64,000 nucleotides of DNA from an uncultured Actinomycetes bacterium (GTDB lineage Bacteria; Actinomycetota; Acidimicrobiia; Acidimicrobiales; JACCXE01): positions 175,122 to 239,121 of the forward strand of contig CAVRKD010000010.1 of the NCBI GenBank assembly GCA_963722185.1, in the 5' to 3' direction. A model generated the notes under the pieces. That model saw only the letters and a list, made by a program, of their open reading frames with translations, was not told the DNA's origin and searched no databases. The translations under genes and the position numbers were made by a program. This document shows, piece after piece, positions 27,922 to 37,778 of this stretch. How positions within the stretch are numbered: position 1 is the first letter of the stretch; every line of letters begins with the position of its first letter.

Positions 27922-28512
27922 TCAGCGAGGCTGCTCCGGCAGGGCGTCGCGGAAGACTTCCATCCGCTTCCACTCGGGTTCGGGTGGGACGTGGTCGGGA
28001 CGGGGCGCGTAGACGGAATGCTCGACCAGTTCCATTCGGTGGATGTAGCGCGGACAGTTCGGGAAGATCCGCTCGATGGCGACGCGCACGACCGCCTGCG
28101 CGCCTTCGAAGAGAGCGAGGAGTTCGTCGTCGTCGTGGATCGTGGCGGTGCCGTTGACCCGCATCCGGTTGGGATGCTCGAAGTCGATGAACAGCAGCCC
28201 GACCTTCGGGTTCACCAAGACGTTGCCGAGACTGCGGAACATGCCGTTGCCGTCGTAACTCGGAAACGCGAGTGTGGTCGAGTCGAGTGCCTTGACGAAG
28301 CCCGGCAGGCCGCCCTTGTAGGAACAGTCGGGCCAGCCGTCGGCGTCGGCAGTGGCGAGGAAGAACATCGAGCATCGCTCGACGAAGGCGATGTCGTCGG
28401 CCGTAAGAGCGGAGTGCACCGTGACCTTCTCGAGCCGGTCGGCGATCCGCCGGCTGTCGAAGCGGTCCTGCAGCTCACGCGAGCCTTCGTGGTACATCGG
28501 GGGTGTTTCCAT
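27922..28512 (-). CDS. Pyridoxamine 5'-phosphate oxidase (PNPOx-like) family protein
   Basis: 196 aa with FFLATADADGWPDCSYKGG...GNGMFRSLGN, typical of the PNPOx-like FMN-binding split barrel. Confidence 0.8.
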   Translation of the reverse strand: METPPMYHEGSRELQDRFDSRRIADRLEKVTVHSALTADDIAFVERCSMFFLATADADGWPDCSYKGGLPGFVKALDSTTLAFPSYDGNGMFRSLGNVLVNPKVGLLFIDFEHPNRMRVNGTATIHDDDELLALFEGAQAVVRVAIERIFPNCPRYIHRMELVEHSVYAPRPDHVPPEPEWKRMEVFRDALPEQPR

Positions 28513-28521
28513 GCGGCGGTT

Positions 28522-29478
28522 CTAGCTCCGCCGGGCACGGGCGCGTCGGCGACCTTCGTGCATCGCTTGCATCCGTCCGCCGTCGGTAGCCGCGCCTTCG
28601 TCGACGAGCTCTTGCGGCAGTGACTGCGGCGGAGGCTGGTTCGCCCACGGATCGTCGCCGGCGAGTTGGTCGAGGGCGGAGTGGATGGTGAAGTCCGCCG
28701 GCGACACGGAAGTGAGGTCGTCCCACGCAACCGGAAACGAGACCGGTGTGCCAGCGCGCACCCGCGGGCTGTACACCGCGGCCACCGTGGCGCCGCCGGC
28801 GCGCGTGGCGTCGATGAAGACCTTGTTCTCGCGGTCCTCCTTCATGAACGCCGTGGTGGCGACCGCCGGATCGAGGCGGGCGACCCGCTCGGCGAGTGCG
28901 CGGGTCGCCGCCGCGGCGTCGGCCACCGTGGTGCCGGACGCGACGGGCACGAAGACGTGGATGCCTTTGGCGCCGCTCGTCTTCACTGCGGCCGACAGCC
29001 CGACGTCGTCGAGCGTCGCGCGCACGACGTGCGCCGCCCGCACCGACGCGGCGAAGCCGGCGCCTTCCGGCGGGTCGAGGTCGAGCACCAGGTGCGTCAC
29101 GTGATCGCCGTTGTCGATCCGGACCAGCGTCGGGTGATATTCCACCGCGCGTTGGTTGGCGAACCACAGCAGAGTCCGCCGGTCGTTGCACAACGCGTAC
29201 GCCACCTCGCGCTTGGAGGTCTCGGCCCAGTAGCTGACGGTGCGTATCCAGTCGGGCGCGTAGCTCGGCACGTTCTTCTGCATGAACGCCTCTTGGCCGC
29301 GGTGCACGCGGATCACCGACAGCGGGCGATCGGTCAGTGCGGGTACGAGGCGGTCGGCGACGGCGTCGAGGTAGTCGACGAGATCGCGTTTGGTCGCCCC
29401 TGCGCCGTCGAACAGCGGCTGGTCGAGGTTCGTGAGAGGCACGCCGTCGCGGATCTCTTCCGGCACAGCGGCGGCCAT
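28522..29478 (-). CDS. NHEJ LigD polymerase/primase domain protein (stand-alone)
   Basis: 318 aa with LTNLDQPLF..TKRDLVDYL, FMQKN and KTSGAKGIHVFVPV, the archaeo-eukaryotic primase-like LigD PolDom signature. Confidence 0.85.
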   Translation of the reverse strand: MAAAVPEEIRDGVPLTNLDQPLFDGAGATKRDLVDYLDAVADRLVPALTDRPLSVIRVHRGQEAFMQKNVPSYAPDWIRTVSYWAETSKREVAYALCNDRRTLLWFANQRAVEYHPTLVRIDNGDHVTHLVLDLDPPEGAGFAASVRAAHVVRATLDDVGLSAAVKTSGAKGIHVFVPVASGTTVADAAAATRALAERVARLDPAVATTAFMKEDRENKVFIDATRAGGATVAAVYSPRVRAGTPVSFPVAWDDLTSVSPADFTIHSALDQLAGDDPWANQPPPQSLPQELVDEGAATDGGRMQAMHEGRRRARARRS

Positions 29479-29500
29479 AACGAAACCCTAGGTTCAGTGC

Positions 29501-30355
29501 GTGACTGACGCGATCCGCATCGAAGACGACGGGGCGGTACGCCACCTCGTGCTGTGCCGGCCCGACGAGTTCAACACCATCACCGTCGCCCTCCGCAACG
29601 AACTCGACGCCGCGCTGACCGACGCCGACCGCGACCGGAACGTGAAGGTCGTGTTGGTGCGCGCCGAGGGCCGCGCCTTCTGCGCCGGGTTCGGGCTGGA
29701 CTGGTCGACGGTCGCACCGCCCGCGGGTGCGGCGCCGCCCGAGCGCGTGTGGGACACGGTCGCCGACGTGCAGATGATCGGCACGTTTGGCAACACGTTC
29801 GCCAAGCTCCACTCGATCTCGAAGCCGACGATCGCCGCCGTGCAGGGATGGTGCATCGCCGGCGGCACCGACATGATCCTGAACGCCGACCTCATCATCG
29901 CGGGTGAGTCAGCCCGCTTCGGCTACCCGCCGGCGCGGGTGTGGGGCGTGCCCGAGGCGCCCTGGGTGTGGGTGGCTCGCCTCGGACTCGAACGGGCCAA
30001 GCGCTACCTATTCACCGGTGACGAACTCACCGCCGCCGAAGCAGCCGAGGCCGGGATGATCCTCGAATGCGTGGCCGACGACGAGTTGCAAGACCGCGCG
30101 TCGGCGCTCGCCCACCGCATGGCGCTGCTGCCCCTCAACCAGCTCCAGATGATGAAGTGGATGCTCAACGACGTCGCCCGCCAGCAATACCAACCCGAGA
30201 CCAGCCGCCTGCTCGGGTTCATCTTCGATGGCGTCGCCCGTCACACCCAGGAGGGCCTCGACTTCGTGGCCCGCGCTCAGGAGATCGGCTGGCGGGAAGC
30301 GGTGCGCGAGCGCGATCGCCCGTTCGGCGACTACGGCGAACGACGCTCCACGTAG
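29501..30355 (+). CDS. Enoyl-CoA hydratase/isomerase (crotonase) family protein
   Basis: 284 aa with VLCRPDEFNTI, FCAGFGL and QGWCIAGG. Confidence 0.85.
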   Translation: MTDAIRIEDDGAVRHLVLCRPDEFNTITVALRNELDAALTDADRDRNVKVVLVRAEGRAFCAGFGLDWSTVAPPAGAAPPERVWDTVADVQMIGTFGNTFAKLHSISKPTIAAVQGWCIAGGTDMILNADLIIAGESARFGYPPARVWGVPEAPWVWVARLGLERAKRYLFTGDELTAAEAAEAGMILECVADDELQDRASALAHRMALLPLNQLQMMKWMLNDVARQQYQPETSRLLGFIFDGVARHTQEGLDFVARAQEIGWREAVRERDRPFGDYGERRST

Positions 30356-30379
30356 GCTCGGGCCAAACAGGAGGATCTC

Positions 30380-31870
30380 ATGTCCGTACAGAACGACGTG
30401 CGCTCGTCATTAGGCAACCCCGACCGCTTCTTCATTGGTGGCGAATGGGTGGCCCCATCGTCGGGCTCGACCATCGACGTGATCGACTCGCATTCCGAAC
30501 AGGTCTTCCTCCGGGTGGCCGAAGCGCAGGCGCCGGACATGGACCGCGCCATCGCCGCCGCCCGCACTGCGTTCGACGAAGGCCCCTGGCCGCGCATGAC
30601 GCATGCCGAACGCGCTCCGTATCTCGAGGCGTTGGGCGCCGGCATCGCGGCGCGCGGCGACGACCTGGCCGACATCTGGCCGCGCCAGTCGGGCGCGCTA
30701 CACAAGGCCGCCAAGTACGCCGGCATGGGCGCGGAGAGCACGTTCCGCTACTACGCCGGCCTCGCCAACACCTACGCCTGGGAGGAGCGCGCCACGCCGA
30801 GCGCCGGCGGCGCCTTCGGGTTGCTCGTGCGCGAACCGGTCGGTGTGGTCGGGGCGATCATCCCGTGGAACGCCCCGCTGGGTCTGATCGCCAACAAGGT
30901 GGCGCCGGCGTTGATCGCCGGATGCACCGTCGTGCTGAAGGCCTCGCCCGAAGCACCCGGCGAGGCGTACGTGGTGGCCGAAGTGGCGAAGGAGATCGGC
31001 CTGCCGCCGGGTGTGCTCAACGTGGTGACCGCCGATCGCGAAGTGTCCGAGCTACTGGTCAAGGATCCGCGCGTCGACAAGATCACGTTCACCGGATCGA
31101 CTGTCGCCGGGCGACGGATCGCATCGCTGTGCGGCGAGCGCATTGCGCGCTGCACTCTCGAACTGGGTGGGAAGTCGGCGGCGGTCATCCTCGACGACAT
31201 GGACCTTGGCGCCGCGGCCAAAACGCTGTCACGCGCCGAGTGCTTCCTCGCCGGCCAGGTGTGTTCGTCGTTGACGCGCATCATCGTGTCGCAGTCGCGG
31301 CACGACGAGTTGGTCGAAGCGCTGGCTGCCACCTTCTCGCAGGTACGCGTCGGCGACCCGTTCGATCCGGAAACGCAGATGGGCCCGCTCGTCGCCGCGC
31401 GGCAACGCGACCGCGTGCTCGGCTACATCGCCAAGGGCGTCGAAGACGGCGCCACACTCGCCACCGGCGGCGGGAAGCCGGCGCATCTCGAGAGCGGCTA
31501 CTTCATCGAGCCGACGGTGTTCGGCAACGTCGACAACGGCTCGACAATCGCCCAGGAAGAGATCTTCGGGCCGGTGCTGAGCGTCATCCCCGCCGTCGAC
31601 GAGCGCGACGCCGTGCGTCTCGCCAATGACACGATCTACGGCCTGAACGCGTCGGTGTTCACCAACGACATCGAGCGGGCACGCGAGGTCGCCGGCCAGT
31701 TGCGGTCGGGCACTGTCGGCCACAACAACTTCCGCACCGACTTCGGCATCGCCTTCGGCGGCTTCAAGCAATCGGGCATCGGTCGCGAGGGTGGCATCGA
31801 AGGTCTGCTGCCGTTCCTCGAGTCCAAGACCGTCATCCTCGAGGACACGCCGAGCCGTTACGCCACTTGA
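30380..31870 (+). CDS. Aldehyde dehydrogenase family protein
   Basis: 496 aa with ITFTGST, ELGGKSA, the catalytic GQVCSS and EEIFGPV. AGGAGG lies upstream. Confidence 0.9.
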   Translation: MSVQNDVRSSLGNPDRFFIGGEWVAPSSGSTIDVIDSHSEQVFLRVAEAQAPDMDRAIAAARTAFDEGPWPRMTHAERAPYLEALGAGIAARGDDLADIWPRQSGALHKAAKYAGMGAESTFRYYAGLANTYAWEERATPSAGGAFGLLVREPVGVVGAIIPWNAPLGLIANKVAPALIAGCTVVLKASPEAPGEAYVVAEVAKEIGLPPGVLNVVTADREVSELLVKDPRVDKITFTGSTVAGRRIASLCGERIARCTLELGGKSAAVILDDMDLGAAAKTLSRAECFLAGQVCSSLTRIIVSQSRHDELVEALAATFSQVRVGDPFDPETQMGPLVAARQRDRVLGYIAKGVEDGATLATGGGKPAHLESGYFIEPTVFGNVDNGSTIAQEEIFGPVLSVIPAVDERDAVRLANDTIYGLNASVFTNDIERAREVAGQLRSGTVGHNNFRTDFGIAFGGFKQSGIGREGGIEGLLPFLESKTVILEDTPSRYAT

Positions 31871-33255
31871 TGGCTGGAGATCACAGGCGGCGCGCCTTCG
31901 TCGGGCTGACCATTAACAATCTGACGCATCAGCCGTGGTCGCAGGTCGTCGGCGCCTATCTCACGTTGCTCGTGGCGAGCCGTACGACGAGCGCAGTGGC
32001 GATCTCGTTCGCGCTCAGCGCCCACCGCGGGCTCGCGGCGGTCTTGATGCCCGTCATCGGCCGGCTCTCCGACCGGGCGTCCACGCGTGGTGGACGGCGT
32101 GTCCCGCTCATGGTTGTCGGTACGGCAGTGGGCGCGGTGGTCGTGATGCTGATGACGCGCACCAGCGGCTATTGGCCGCTCCTTATCGCCATCGTCGTCA
32201 CCCGCGTCAGCCTGCAGGTCGCATCGATCGGCAGCGTTGGAGTGACTCCCGACGTGTTCGGCCGTAGCCGCTGGGCCAAGGCCGTCGGCGCCATCGCCGC
32301 CATCGGCTTCCTGCCGGGTCTCTTGACGCTCGGGCTGATCCGCGCCACGTGGAAGCAGGACGACCCGTCATCGTGGGACATCACCTTCCTGGTCGCCGGC
32401 GCCGGGCTCTTGGTCGGCGCGTTGGCGGTGGCGCTGCTGGTGCGCGAGGCACCCGCGACCGAAGAGGTCGCCGCCATCGCGGCCAAGGGTTCGTGGCGTG
32501 ACGAGTTGGACCGCGTGCGGGCCATCCCGAACGGCGTGCACGTCCTCGCCACCGTCGCTCTGCTCGCCCTCGCGTTCGCCGGAATCAACCGGCTGCTTCC
32601 GGTGTGGGCGCGCGACGAGTTGCACGTCGGCGGCGCGGAGTTCGCCAGCGTGTCGCTCGTGGTCCTTGGGGTGACCGTGGCGCTCGTGCCCTTCGGACTG
32701 TGGCTCGGATCGCGTGCGCATCCGCGCTTGCTGGCGATCGCCGCCGCGCTCGTTGGCGCCGCTGTGACGGCTCTGATGACGGTCATCAACGAGCCGGCGA
32801 TGTTCGTCGTCCTTACAGCGATCAGCCTCCCGCTTACCGTCGCCGCCTTCGCGTCGCTGGCGCCGCAGTTCATCCCGCTGTTCCCCAAGGGTGATCGCCT
32901 CGGCCAGTCGTTCGGGATCATTGTCGGTCCCTTCGGTCTCGTGATGGCGCTCGCGGGGCTCGCGTCCGCGACCGTCGTCGACATCGTCGGCACGACCGAC
33001 GCGCTGTGGGTGATCGCGTCCATCTTGCTATTGGCATTGGCGGCCAACCTCGCGACGCTGCACCTACCGGGAGACGCTCGCACCGACGTGCGCGGTCTGC
33101 TGCGCAAGGCCCGCCACGCTGGTCTGGGGCCCGGTCTCTTCGACGGTTCCGTGGATCTCGAAGACGTGCTCGGTGTCGGTGCTATCGCCGGTGAGAACGA
33201 CGAGGCCGATTTGAGTGCACCACCTCCAAGGGGGGTACGCGAACACCTTCCCTAA
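31870..33255 (+). CDS. MFS transporter
   Basis: The protein is multi-spanning and hydrophobic, with a GRLSDRASTRGGRR loop motif. Its ATG overlaps the ALDH stop. Confidence 0.8.
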   Translation: MAGDHRRRAFVGLTINNLTHQPWSQVVGAYLTLLVASRTTSAVAISFALSAHRGLAAVLMPVIGRLSDRASTRGGRRVPLMVVGTAVGAVVVMLMTRTSGYWPLLIAIVVTRVSLQVASIGSVGVTPDVFGRSRWAKAVGAIAAIGFLPGLLTLGLIRATWKQDDPSSWDITFLVAGAGLLVGALAVALLVREAPATEEVAAIAAKGSWRDELDRVRAIPNGVHVLATVALLALAFAGINRLLPVWARDELHVGGAEFASVSLVVLGVTVALVPFGLWLGSRAHPRLLAIAAALVGAAVTALMTVINEPAMFVVLTAISLPLTVAAFASLAPQFIPLFPKGDRLGQSFGIIVGPFGLVMALAGLASATVVDIVGTTDALWVIASILLLALAANLATLHLPGDARTDVRGLLRKARHAGLGPGLFDGSVDLEDVLGVGAIAGENDEADLSAPPPRGVREHLP

Positions 33256-33355
33256 GCGGGCCTGATCCTGAGTTTGCACAACTGTCACATCCAGTTCGTC
33301 GGGGTGTGACCTCCCGGTGCGACGATCAGCATGGGGCCAAACAGGAAGTGGTGCT

Positions 33356-34024
33356 ATGACGCGGAACGAAGGACCTCGGGTTTACCGGATAGCCAAAAGG
33401 CTGCTGAACCGGCCGTTGCGGTCGGCGTTCGATCTTCACGTCGAGCGGCCAGATCGGGTTCCGTCAACCGGTCCACTCATCGTGGTGGCAAATCACCGGT
33501 CATTCATGGACTCAATCTTCTTGGCAATGGTCGTGGACCGACCGGTCGCCTTCCTCGCGAAGGCCGAATACTTCGACAAGCGACGGACGGCGTGGATTTT
33601 CCGTGCGATGGGCCAGATCCCGGTGCGGCGCGGGAGCCCCGCCGGAGCGCGCGGCGCTCTGCAGGAGGCAACCGACGTGCTCGCCGCGGGCGGCGTCGTC
33701 GGGCTGTACCCCGAGGGCACACGGTCGCGTGACGGCCAACTGCATCGAGGCAACCTTGGTGCCGCCCGACTCGCAATGGCGACCGGCGCGCCGATCCTTC
33801 CAATCGGCTTGATCGGTACTGCGGGCGTGCAGGCCCCTGACCAACTTCTCCCGCGTCTCGGCAAACGCGTCCAGGTTCGGTTCGGCCAGCTCATCAATCC
33901 GGACAAGGCCGCCGAGCCACGGGCGCAGCTGCGGGATCTCACGCATCGGATGATGAGCGACATCGGGGCGTTATGCGGACAGACATACGCCCGCGGCCGG
34001 GTGCAGGCACCCGCCTCTACTTGA
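33356..34024 (+). CDS. Lysophospholipid (1-acyl-sn-glycerol-3-phosphate) acyltransferase
   Basis: The ATG at 33356 follows AGGAAG. It has the ANHRSFMDS (HX4D) and YPEGTRS motifs. Confidence 0.85.
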   Translation: MTRNEGPRVYRIAKRLLNRPLRSAFDLHVERPDRVPSTGPLIVVANHRSFMDSIFLAMVVDRPVAFLAKAEYFDKRRTAWIFRAMGQIPVRRGSPAGARGALQEATDVLAAGGVVGLYPEGTRSRDGQLHRGNLGAARLAMATGAPILPIGLIGTAGVQAPDQLLPRLGKRVQVRFGQLINPDKAAEPRAQLRDLTHRMMSDIGALCGQTYARGRVQAPAST

Positions 34025-34108
34025 GCGCGTCCTGCGGCTCGTCGAGTTCCACCCGTCGACGGCGACGATCGTCGAGTTCCAGCTCCGAGACGGGCACCCG
34101 TGATGGGG

Positions 34109-34591
34109 TCAGTGGTAGTAGCGCGGTGCCCAGATGCCCTTGGGGTCCTCGCCGGCGACGGGCATGCGCCAGGTGGTGACCGCCGCGGGATCGAGGTAGA
34201 AGGCGAGTAGCGCCCGCGGTTCGTCGTGCGTGTTCGTCAGGTACGCGTCGGCCCACGGCTCCGGCGTGTACCGGGTGGTGATGCGGCGGTAGCGGTCGCG
34301 CCAGGCGTCGTCTTCGCCGGGCCGGTGCACGATCTCGACGGGGCCGCGGGCGATCACCTTGCGATACGGCGGCGTCTCCTCGTCGATCACCAGCGCCACC
34401 CGCGTGTCGCCCTGCACGTCGGTCCACCAGGCGGAGCGTTCGCGCGGCGTCATCCACACGCGGTTGTCTTCGAACACGAACCAGATGGGCACGACTCGCG
34501 GCGCGCCGTCGGCGTCGACCGTCGCGAGGCGCACGAGGTGACCGGGCTCTTCGAGGAACGCCGTTACTTCATCGGCCGTGAGCTTGGGCAT
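34109..34591 (-). CDS. PPOX-class (pyridoxamine 5'-phosphate oxidase family) protein
   Basis: The start is at MPKLTADEVTAFLEEPGHLVRLATVDADGAPRVVPIWF. It shows the split-barrel PPOX pattern. Confidence 0.75.
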   Translation of the reverse strand: MPKLTADEVTAFLEEPGHLVRLATVDADGAPRVVPIWFVFEDNRVWMTPRERSAWWTDVQGDTRVALVIDEETPPYRKVIARGPVEIVHRPGEDDAWRDRYRRITTRYTPEPWADAYLTNTHDEPRALLAFYLDPAAVTTWRMPVAGEDPKGIWAPRYYH

Positions 34592-34619
34592 GGTTTTCGA
34601 AACATACGAGACTTGGGCG

Positions 34620-35465
34620 ATGGAGTGGATCGAACCGATGGCGGCAACGTTGTCCGAAGCGCGGTTCGACGATCCCGACTGGCTGTTCGAACGCAAGCTC
34701 GACGGTTGGCGCTACCTCGCCTTCGTGACCGACAACGACGCGCAGCTGTTCACTCGCAACCGCATCTGTCATCGGTTCCCGCTGGTCGAGGCGACCTTGC
34801 TCGCGCAGCGCCTCGGCGACACGGTCGTCGACGGCGAGATGGTCAACGGGACGTACTGGGTGTTCGACCTCCTGCGCTTGCGGGGCCAGGACGTCACCAA
34901 GCTGCCGCTGTACGAGCGCAAGCGGTTGCTGGAGGACGAGTTCGGTTGGGTCGAACCGTTGGCGTTGGTCGAGGAGCTACCCGGGGGCGGCATCGCCGCC
35001 TACGAGCAGGCCTGCCGCGAGGGCTGGGAAGGTGTGATGGCCAAGCGGCGCGACTCGGTCTACGAGCACAAGCGTTCGCGCGCATGGCTAAAGATGAAAT
35101 GCGACCTCGCGCAGGAGTTCGTCGTCGGCGGTTTCACCGAGCCGCGCGGTGCCCGCGTCGGATTCGGAGCGCTTCTCATCGGCTACTACGCCGGCTCGGA
35201 TTTCGTTTACGCCGGCAAGCTCGGCACTGGCTTCGACACGCGCTTGTTGAACGAGCTGTACGCGCGGCTCGTGGCGAGCGAACTGCCGGTGCCGCCGTTC
35301 ACGTCTGGCAGCGACCTGCCGAAGAAGGCGGCGCACTGGGTGCGACCCGAGATCGTGGTCGAAGCGGCGTTCATGGAGTGGACCGGCGGCGGCAAGCTGC
35401 GCCACCCGCGGTTCCTGCGCGTGCGCGACGACAAATCGCCGCGCGACGTGGTCCGCGAGACCTAG
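34620..35465 (+). CDS. ATP-dependent DNA ligase (LigD ligase-domain type, stand-alone)
   Basis: It has the adenylation motif ERKLDGWR, then EGVMAKR and a LRHPRF C-terminal OB motif. The ATG at 34620 is chosen to avoid overlap with the divergent gene. Confidence 0.85.
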   Translation: MEWIEPMAATLSEARFDDPDWLFERKLDGWRYLAFVTDNDAQLFTRNRICHRFPLVEATLLAQRLGDTVVDGEMVNGTYWVFDLLRLRGQDVTKLPLYERKRLLEDEFGWVEPLALVEELPGGGIAAYEQACREGWEGVMAKRRDSVYEHKRSRAWLKMKCDLAQEFVVGGFTEPRGARVGFGALLIGYYAGSDFVYAGKLGTGFDTRLLNELYARLVASELPVPPFTSGSDLPKKAAHWVRPEIVVEAAFMEWTGGGKLRHPRFLRVRDDKSPRDVVRET

Positions 35466-36574
35466 TCGAAGACCGGCTCACCGGTCGTGCGCGTCGGGTC
35501 GTAGAACGGCGTGTCGCCGGTAACGGTGACGCGGCGCAGCTGACGCGTGTGCGGCCAGTAGTCGCTCGCCGCGTAGTGCTGCACGGCGCGGTTGTCCCAG
35601 AACGCGATCGAGCCTTCCTGCCAGGAGAAGCGGCACTGGTATTCGGGATGCGCGTGCTCTTGCAGCAGGAAGCGCACGAGCTTCGTCGAGTCGTCGGGAT
35701 CGAACGGCTCGCCGGTGCGGGCGTCGTGCAACGAATCATGACGGAGGAAGCCGCCGTTGAGGTACAGCGCCGTCTTGCCCGTCTCGGGATGCGTCCGCAG
35801 GATCGGGTGACTGACGCCGAACGGAACGCGTTCCTTCACCCAGTCGAACATCTCCTCTGACACCGCCAGCGGACCCTTGGCGGGGAAGAAGTTCCGGTAG
35901 TCGTTGATGCCGTTCACGAACTGCAGGCGTTGTTGGATCCTCGCTGGGAGTCCGAGGTAACAGGCGTGGCTATCGGAGAACAGCGTGTCACCGCCGGTCG
36001 GCGGTACGACGAGAACCTGGGCGATCGAGCCGAGCGATGGACGCTCCATCCACGTGACGTCGCTGTGCCACGCGTTCTCGCTGCCGGGCCGGCGCGGGCC
36101 GTGGTCGATGCGCGCCACGAAGGGGTTGTCGCCCGGCGGCGCGAACGGGAAGGCGTCGATGCCGCCGAAGCGGAGCCCGAGCGCGACCTGTTCGTCCTCG
36201 TCGAGGTGTTGCTCGCGGAAGAACACGACCTTGCGTTCGAGCAACACGGCGCGGACGAAGGCGATGGCGTCGTCGCTGACCGGGTCGCGCAAGTTGATGC
36301 CATGGATGACGGTGCCGATGGTTATGCCGAGGTGCTCGAGCTCGAAGCCCATCGCCTCGGCCCGCGCCTGCAGTTCCGGCGTGATGGGCCGCTCGCCCAT
36401 GCGTTGGTACTCGAGCGCCAGGCCGAGCCCCGAGCGGTTGCGGTCGGCGAACAGCTTCTCGAGCGGGATCTCGGTCTCGGGCAGGTTGCGGAGCCCGGCG
36501 AACCTCGCCTCGGTCAGCTTGCGCGCAACCTCGACGACCATCTCGTTGTAGGGATCAATGGACGTGGTGGCCAT
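35462..36574 (-). CDS. TauD/TfdA family Fe(II)/2-oxoglutarate dioxygenase
   Basis: The start is at MATTSIDPY within ORF 35462..37003. It contains WHSDVTW (HxD), GGDTLF and a WDNRAVQH tail. Confidence 0.85.
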   Translation of the reverse strand: MATTSIDPYNEMVVEVARKLTEARFAGLRNLPETEIPLEKLFADRNRSGLGLALEYQRMGERPITPELQARAEAMGFELEHLGITIGTVIHGINLRDPVSDDAIAFVRAVLLERKVVFFREQHLDEDEQVALGLRFGGIDAFPFAPPGDNPFVARIDHGPRRPGSENAWHSDVTWMERPSLGSIAQVLVVPPTGGDTLFSDSHACYLGLPARIQQRLQFVNGINDYRNFFPAKGPLAVSEEMFDWVKERVPFGVSHPILRTHPETGKTALYLNGGFLRHDSLHDARTGEPFDPDDSTKLVRFLLQEHAHPEYQCRFSWQEGSIAFWDNRAVQHYAASDYWPHTRQLRRVTVTGDTPFYDPTRTTGEPVFD

Positions 36575-36677
36575 GACGAAAGGTACGCCAGTCGCGCCCC
36601 ACGCGGAGATGGCGACCATCTCTGTTACATATGGGTTGTGCAGTAGCGATCTGAACTGGCTATGGGACAATGGCTCC

Positions 36678-37061
36678 ATGAAGTTGCGCCGCTCACCGGA
36701 CCCCATCGTCACCGCTCTCGAAGCCGCGGGCCTTTCCCGCGTCGACGCGCACCGGCTCTCCGTGAAAGGCACGCCGCTCGCCATGGTCGCCGGTACCTCG
36801 CTGTGCCTCGAAGGCGAAGTCGGGCTGGAGGCGTTCGTGCTCGTCAGCGGTGAAGCGGTCGTGCGGCTGCCGGAGAGCACCGATCGCACCGTTGCGGCGG
36901 GCGAAGTCATCGGCGAGATCGCCGCGCTCGACCCGACGCGCCGCCGCACCGCCACCGTCGAGACGACCGAGGACTCCGTCGTTCTGGTCTTCGATGTGCG
37001 CACCTTCCGCTTCTTGGCGAGCGAGATGCGCGATCTCCTCGTTCCTGAGCGCGCCGCCTAA
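36678..37061 (+). CDS. Stand-alone cyclic-nucleotide-binding (cNMP) domain protein
   Basis: 127 aa starting at MKLRR. It has GEVGLEAFVLVSGEAVV and GEVIGEIAAL...RTATV (phosphate-binding-cassette-like). No DNA-binding domain is present. Confidence 0.6.
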   Translation: MKLRRSPDPIVTALEAAGLSRVDAHRLSVKGTPLAMVAGTSLCLEGEVGLEAFVLVSGEAVVRLPESTDRTVAAGEVIGEIAALDPTRRRTATVETTEDSVVLVFDVRTFRFLASEMRDLLVPERAA

Positions 37062-37768
37062 GCCTTCTCGCTTGGCAATTTGCCGCGGAATTTGAGCACG
37101 TCGAAGTCGGCGCCCGGCGTGCGCTCGCCCGCGAGGGCGACCGCCGGCTGATCCCACCGGTCGAGGTCGACGACGTCACCCAGCGGGCGGCGCCGAATCG
37201 GACCGTGCTGGCCGCGCGGCCAGCCGATGACGACGTGGCCAGCGAGCAGCCACTCGTCGGGGATGCCGATGGCGTCGCGCATCACCTGCTCGCCACCGTA
37301 GGAAGCCCAGCTCGTGATGCAGGCCCCGAGCCCTTGGGCGCGCGCCGCGAGGATGAAGTTCTGCATCGCCGGATAGATCGACCCACCGAGCAGCAACTCG
37401 GAGGCCGTCTCGTAGCGGAACTGGCAGAACAGGACCGAGGTGCGTTCGCCGGCTCGGTCGTGCAGTTCGTAGGTCGCGCGGTTGTTGCGGGCGTAGCGGC
37501 TGTGGTCGTCGTCCGCGGGGCGACTCATCCCGTACACCGGCTCGATGACTTCGACCAGCGCCTTGCGCGCCACGTCGGCGACGACGGCTCGGGCTTCCGG
37601 CGAGCGCAGCACGACGAACCGCCACGCTTGCGCGTTCGCCCCGTTGGGCGCCCACGACGCCGCTTGGAGGCAGCGCGTCAGCGTGGCGTCGTCGACGGGT
37701 TCGTCGGTGAACCGGCGGATGGTGCGGGCGGTTGCCAGCACGTCCCAGACATCGTTCGAAGGCGGCAT
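37058..37768 (-). CDS. Nitroreductase family protein
   Basis: The start is at MPPSNDVWDVLATARTIRRFTDEPV, with APNGANAQAWRFVV. This is the typical NfsA/B-like fold signature. Confidence 0.8.
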   Translation of the reverse strand: MPPSNDVWDVLATARTIRRFTDEPVDDATLTRCLQAASWAPNGANAQAWRFVVLRSPEARAVVADVARKALVEVIEPVYGMSRPADDDHSRYARNNRATYELHDRAGERTSVLFCQFRYETASELLLGGSIYPAMQNFILAARAQGLGACITSWASYGGEQVMRDAIGIPDEWLLAGHVVIGWPRGQHGPIRRRPLGDVVDLDRWDQPAVALAGERTPGADFDVLKFRGKLPSEKA

Positions 37769-37778
37769 CGCCGCCGTC

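Noticed and set aside
34039-34081. A 13-nt direct repeat, TCGTCGAGTTCCA, occurs twice (34039-34051 and 34069-34081) between convergent genes.
   Set aside because: It is short, there are only two copies, and no associated ORF or structure is evident. It is probably chance or a weak terminator context.
28475-35860. Large alternative-frame ORFs lie at 28475..29812 (-), 30067..31629 (+) and 34226..35860 (+). Elsewhere the same applies to 40493..41983 (-) and 54783..56426 (+).
   Set aside because: All are Arg/Pro/Gly-rich out-of-frame or antisense readings of genes that have strong motif support in another frame.
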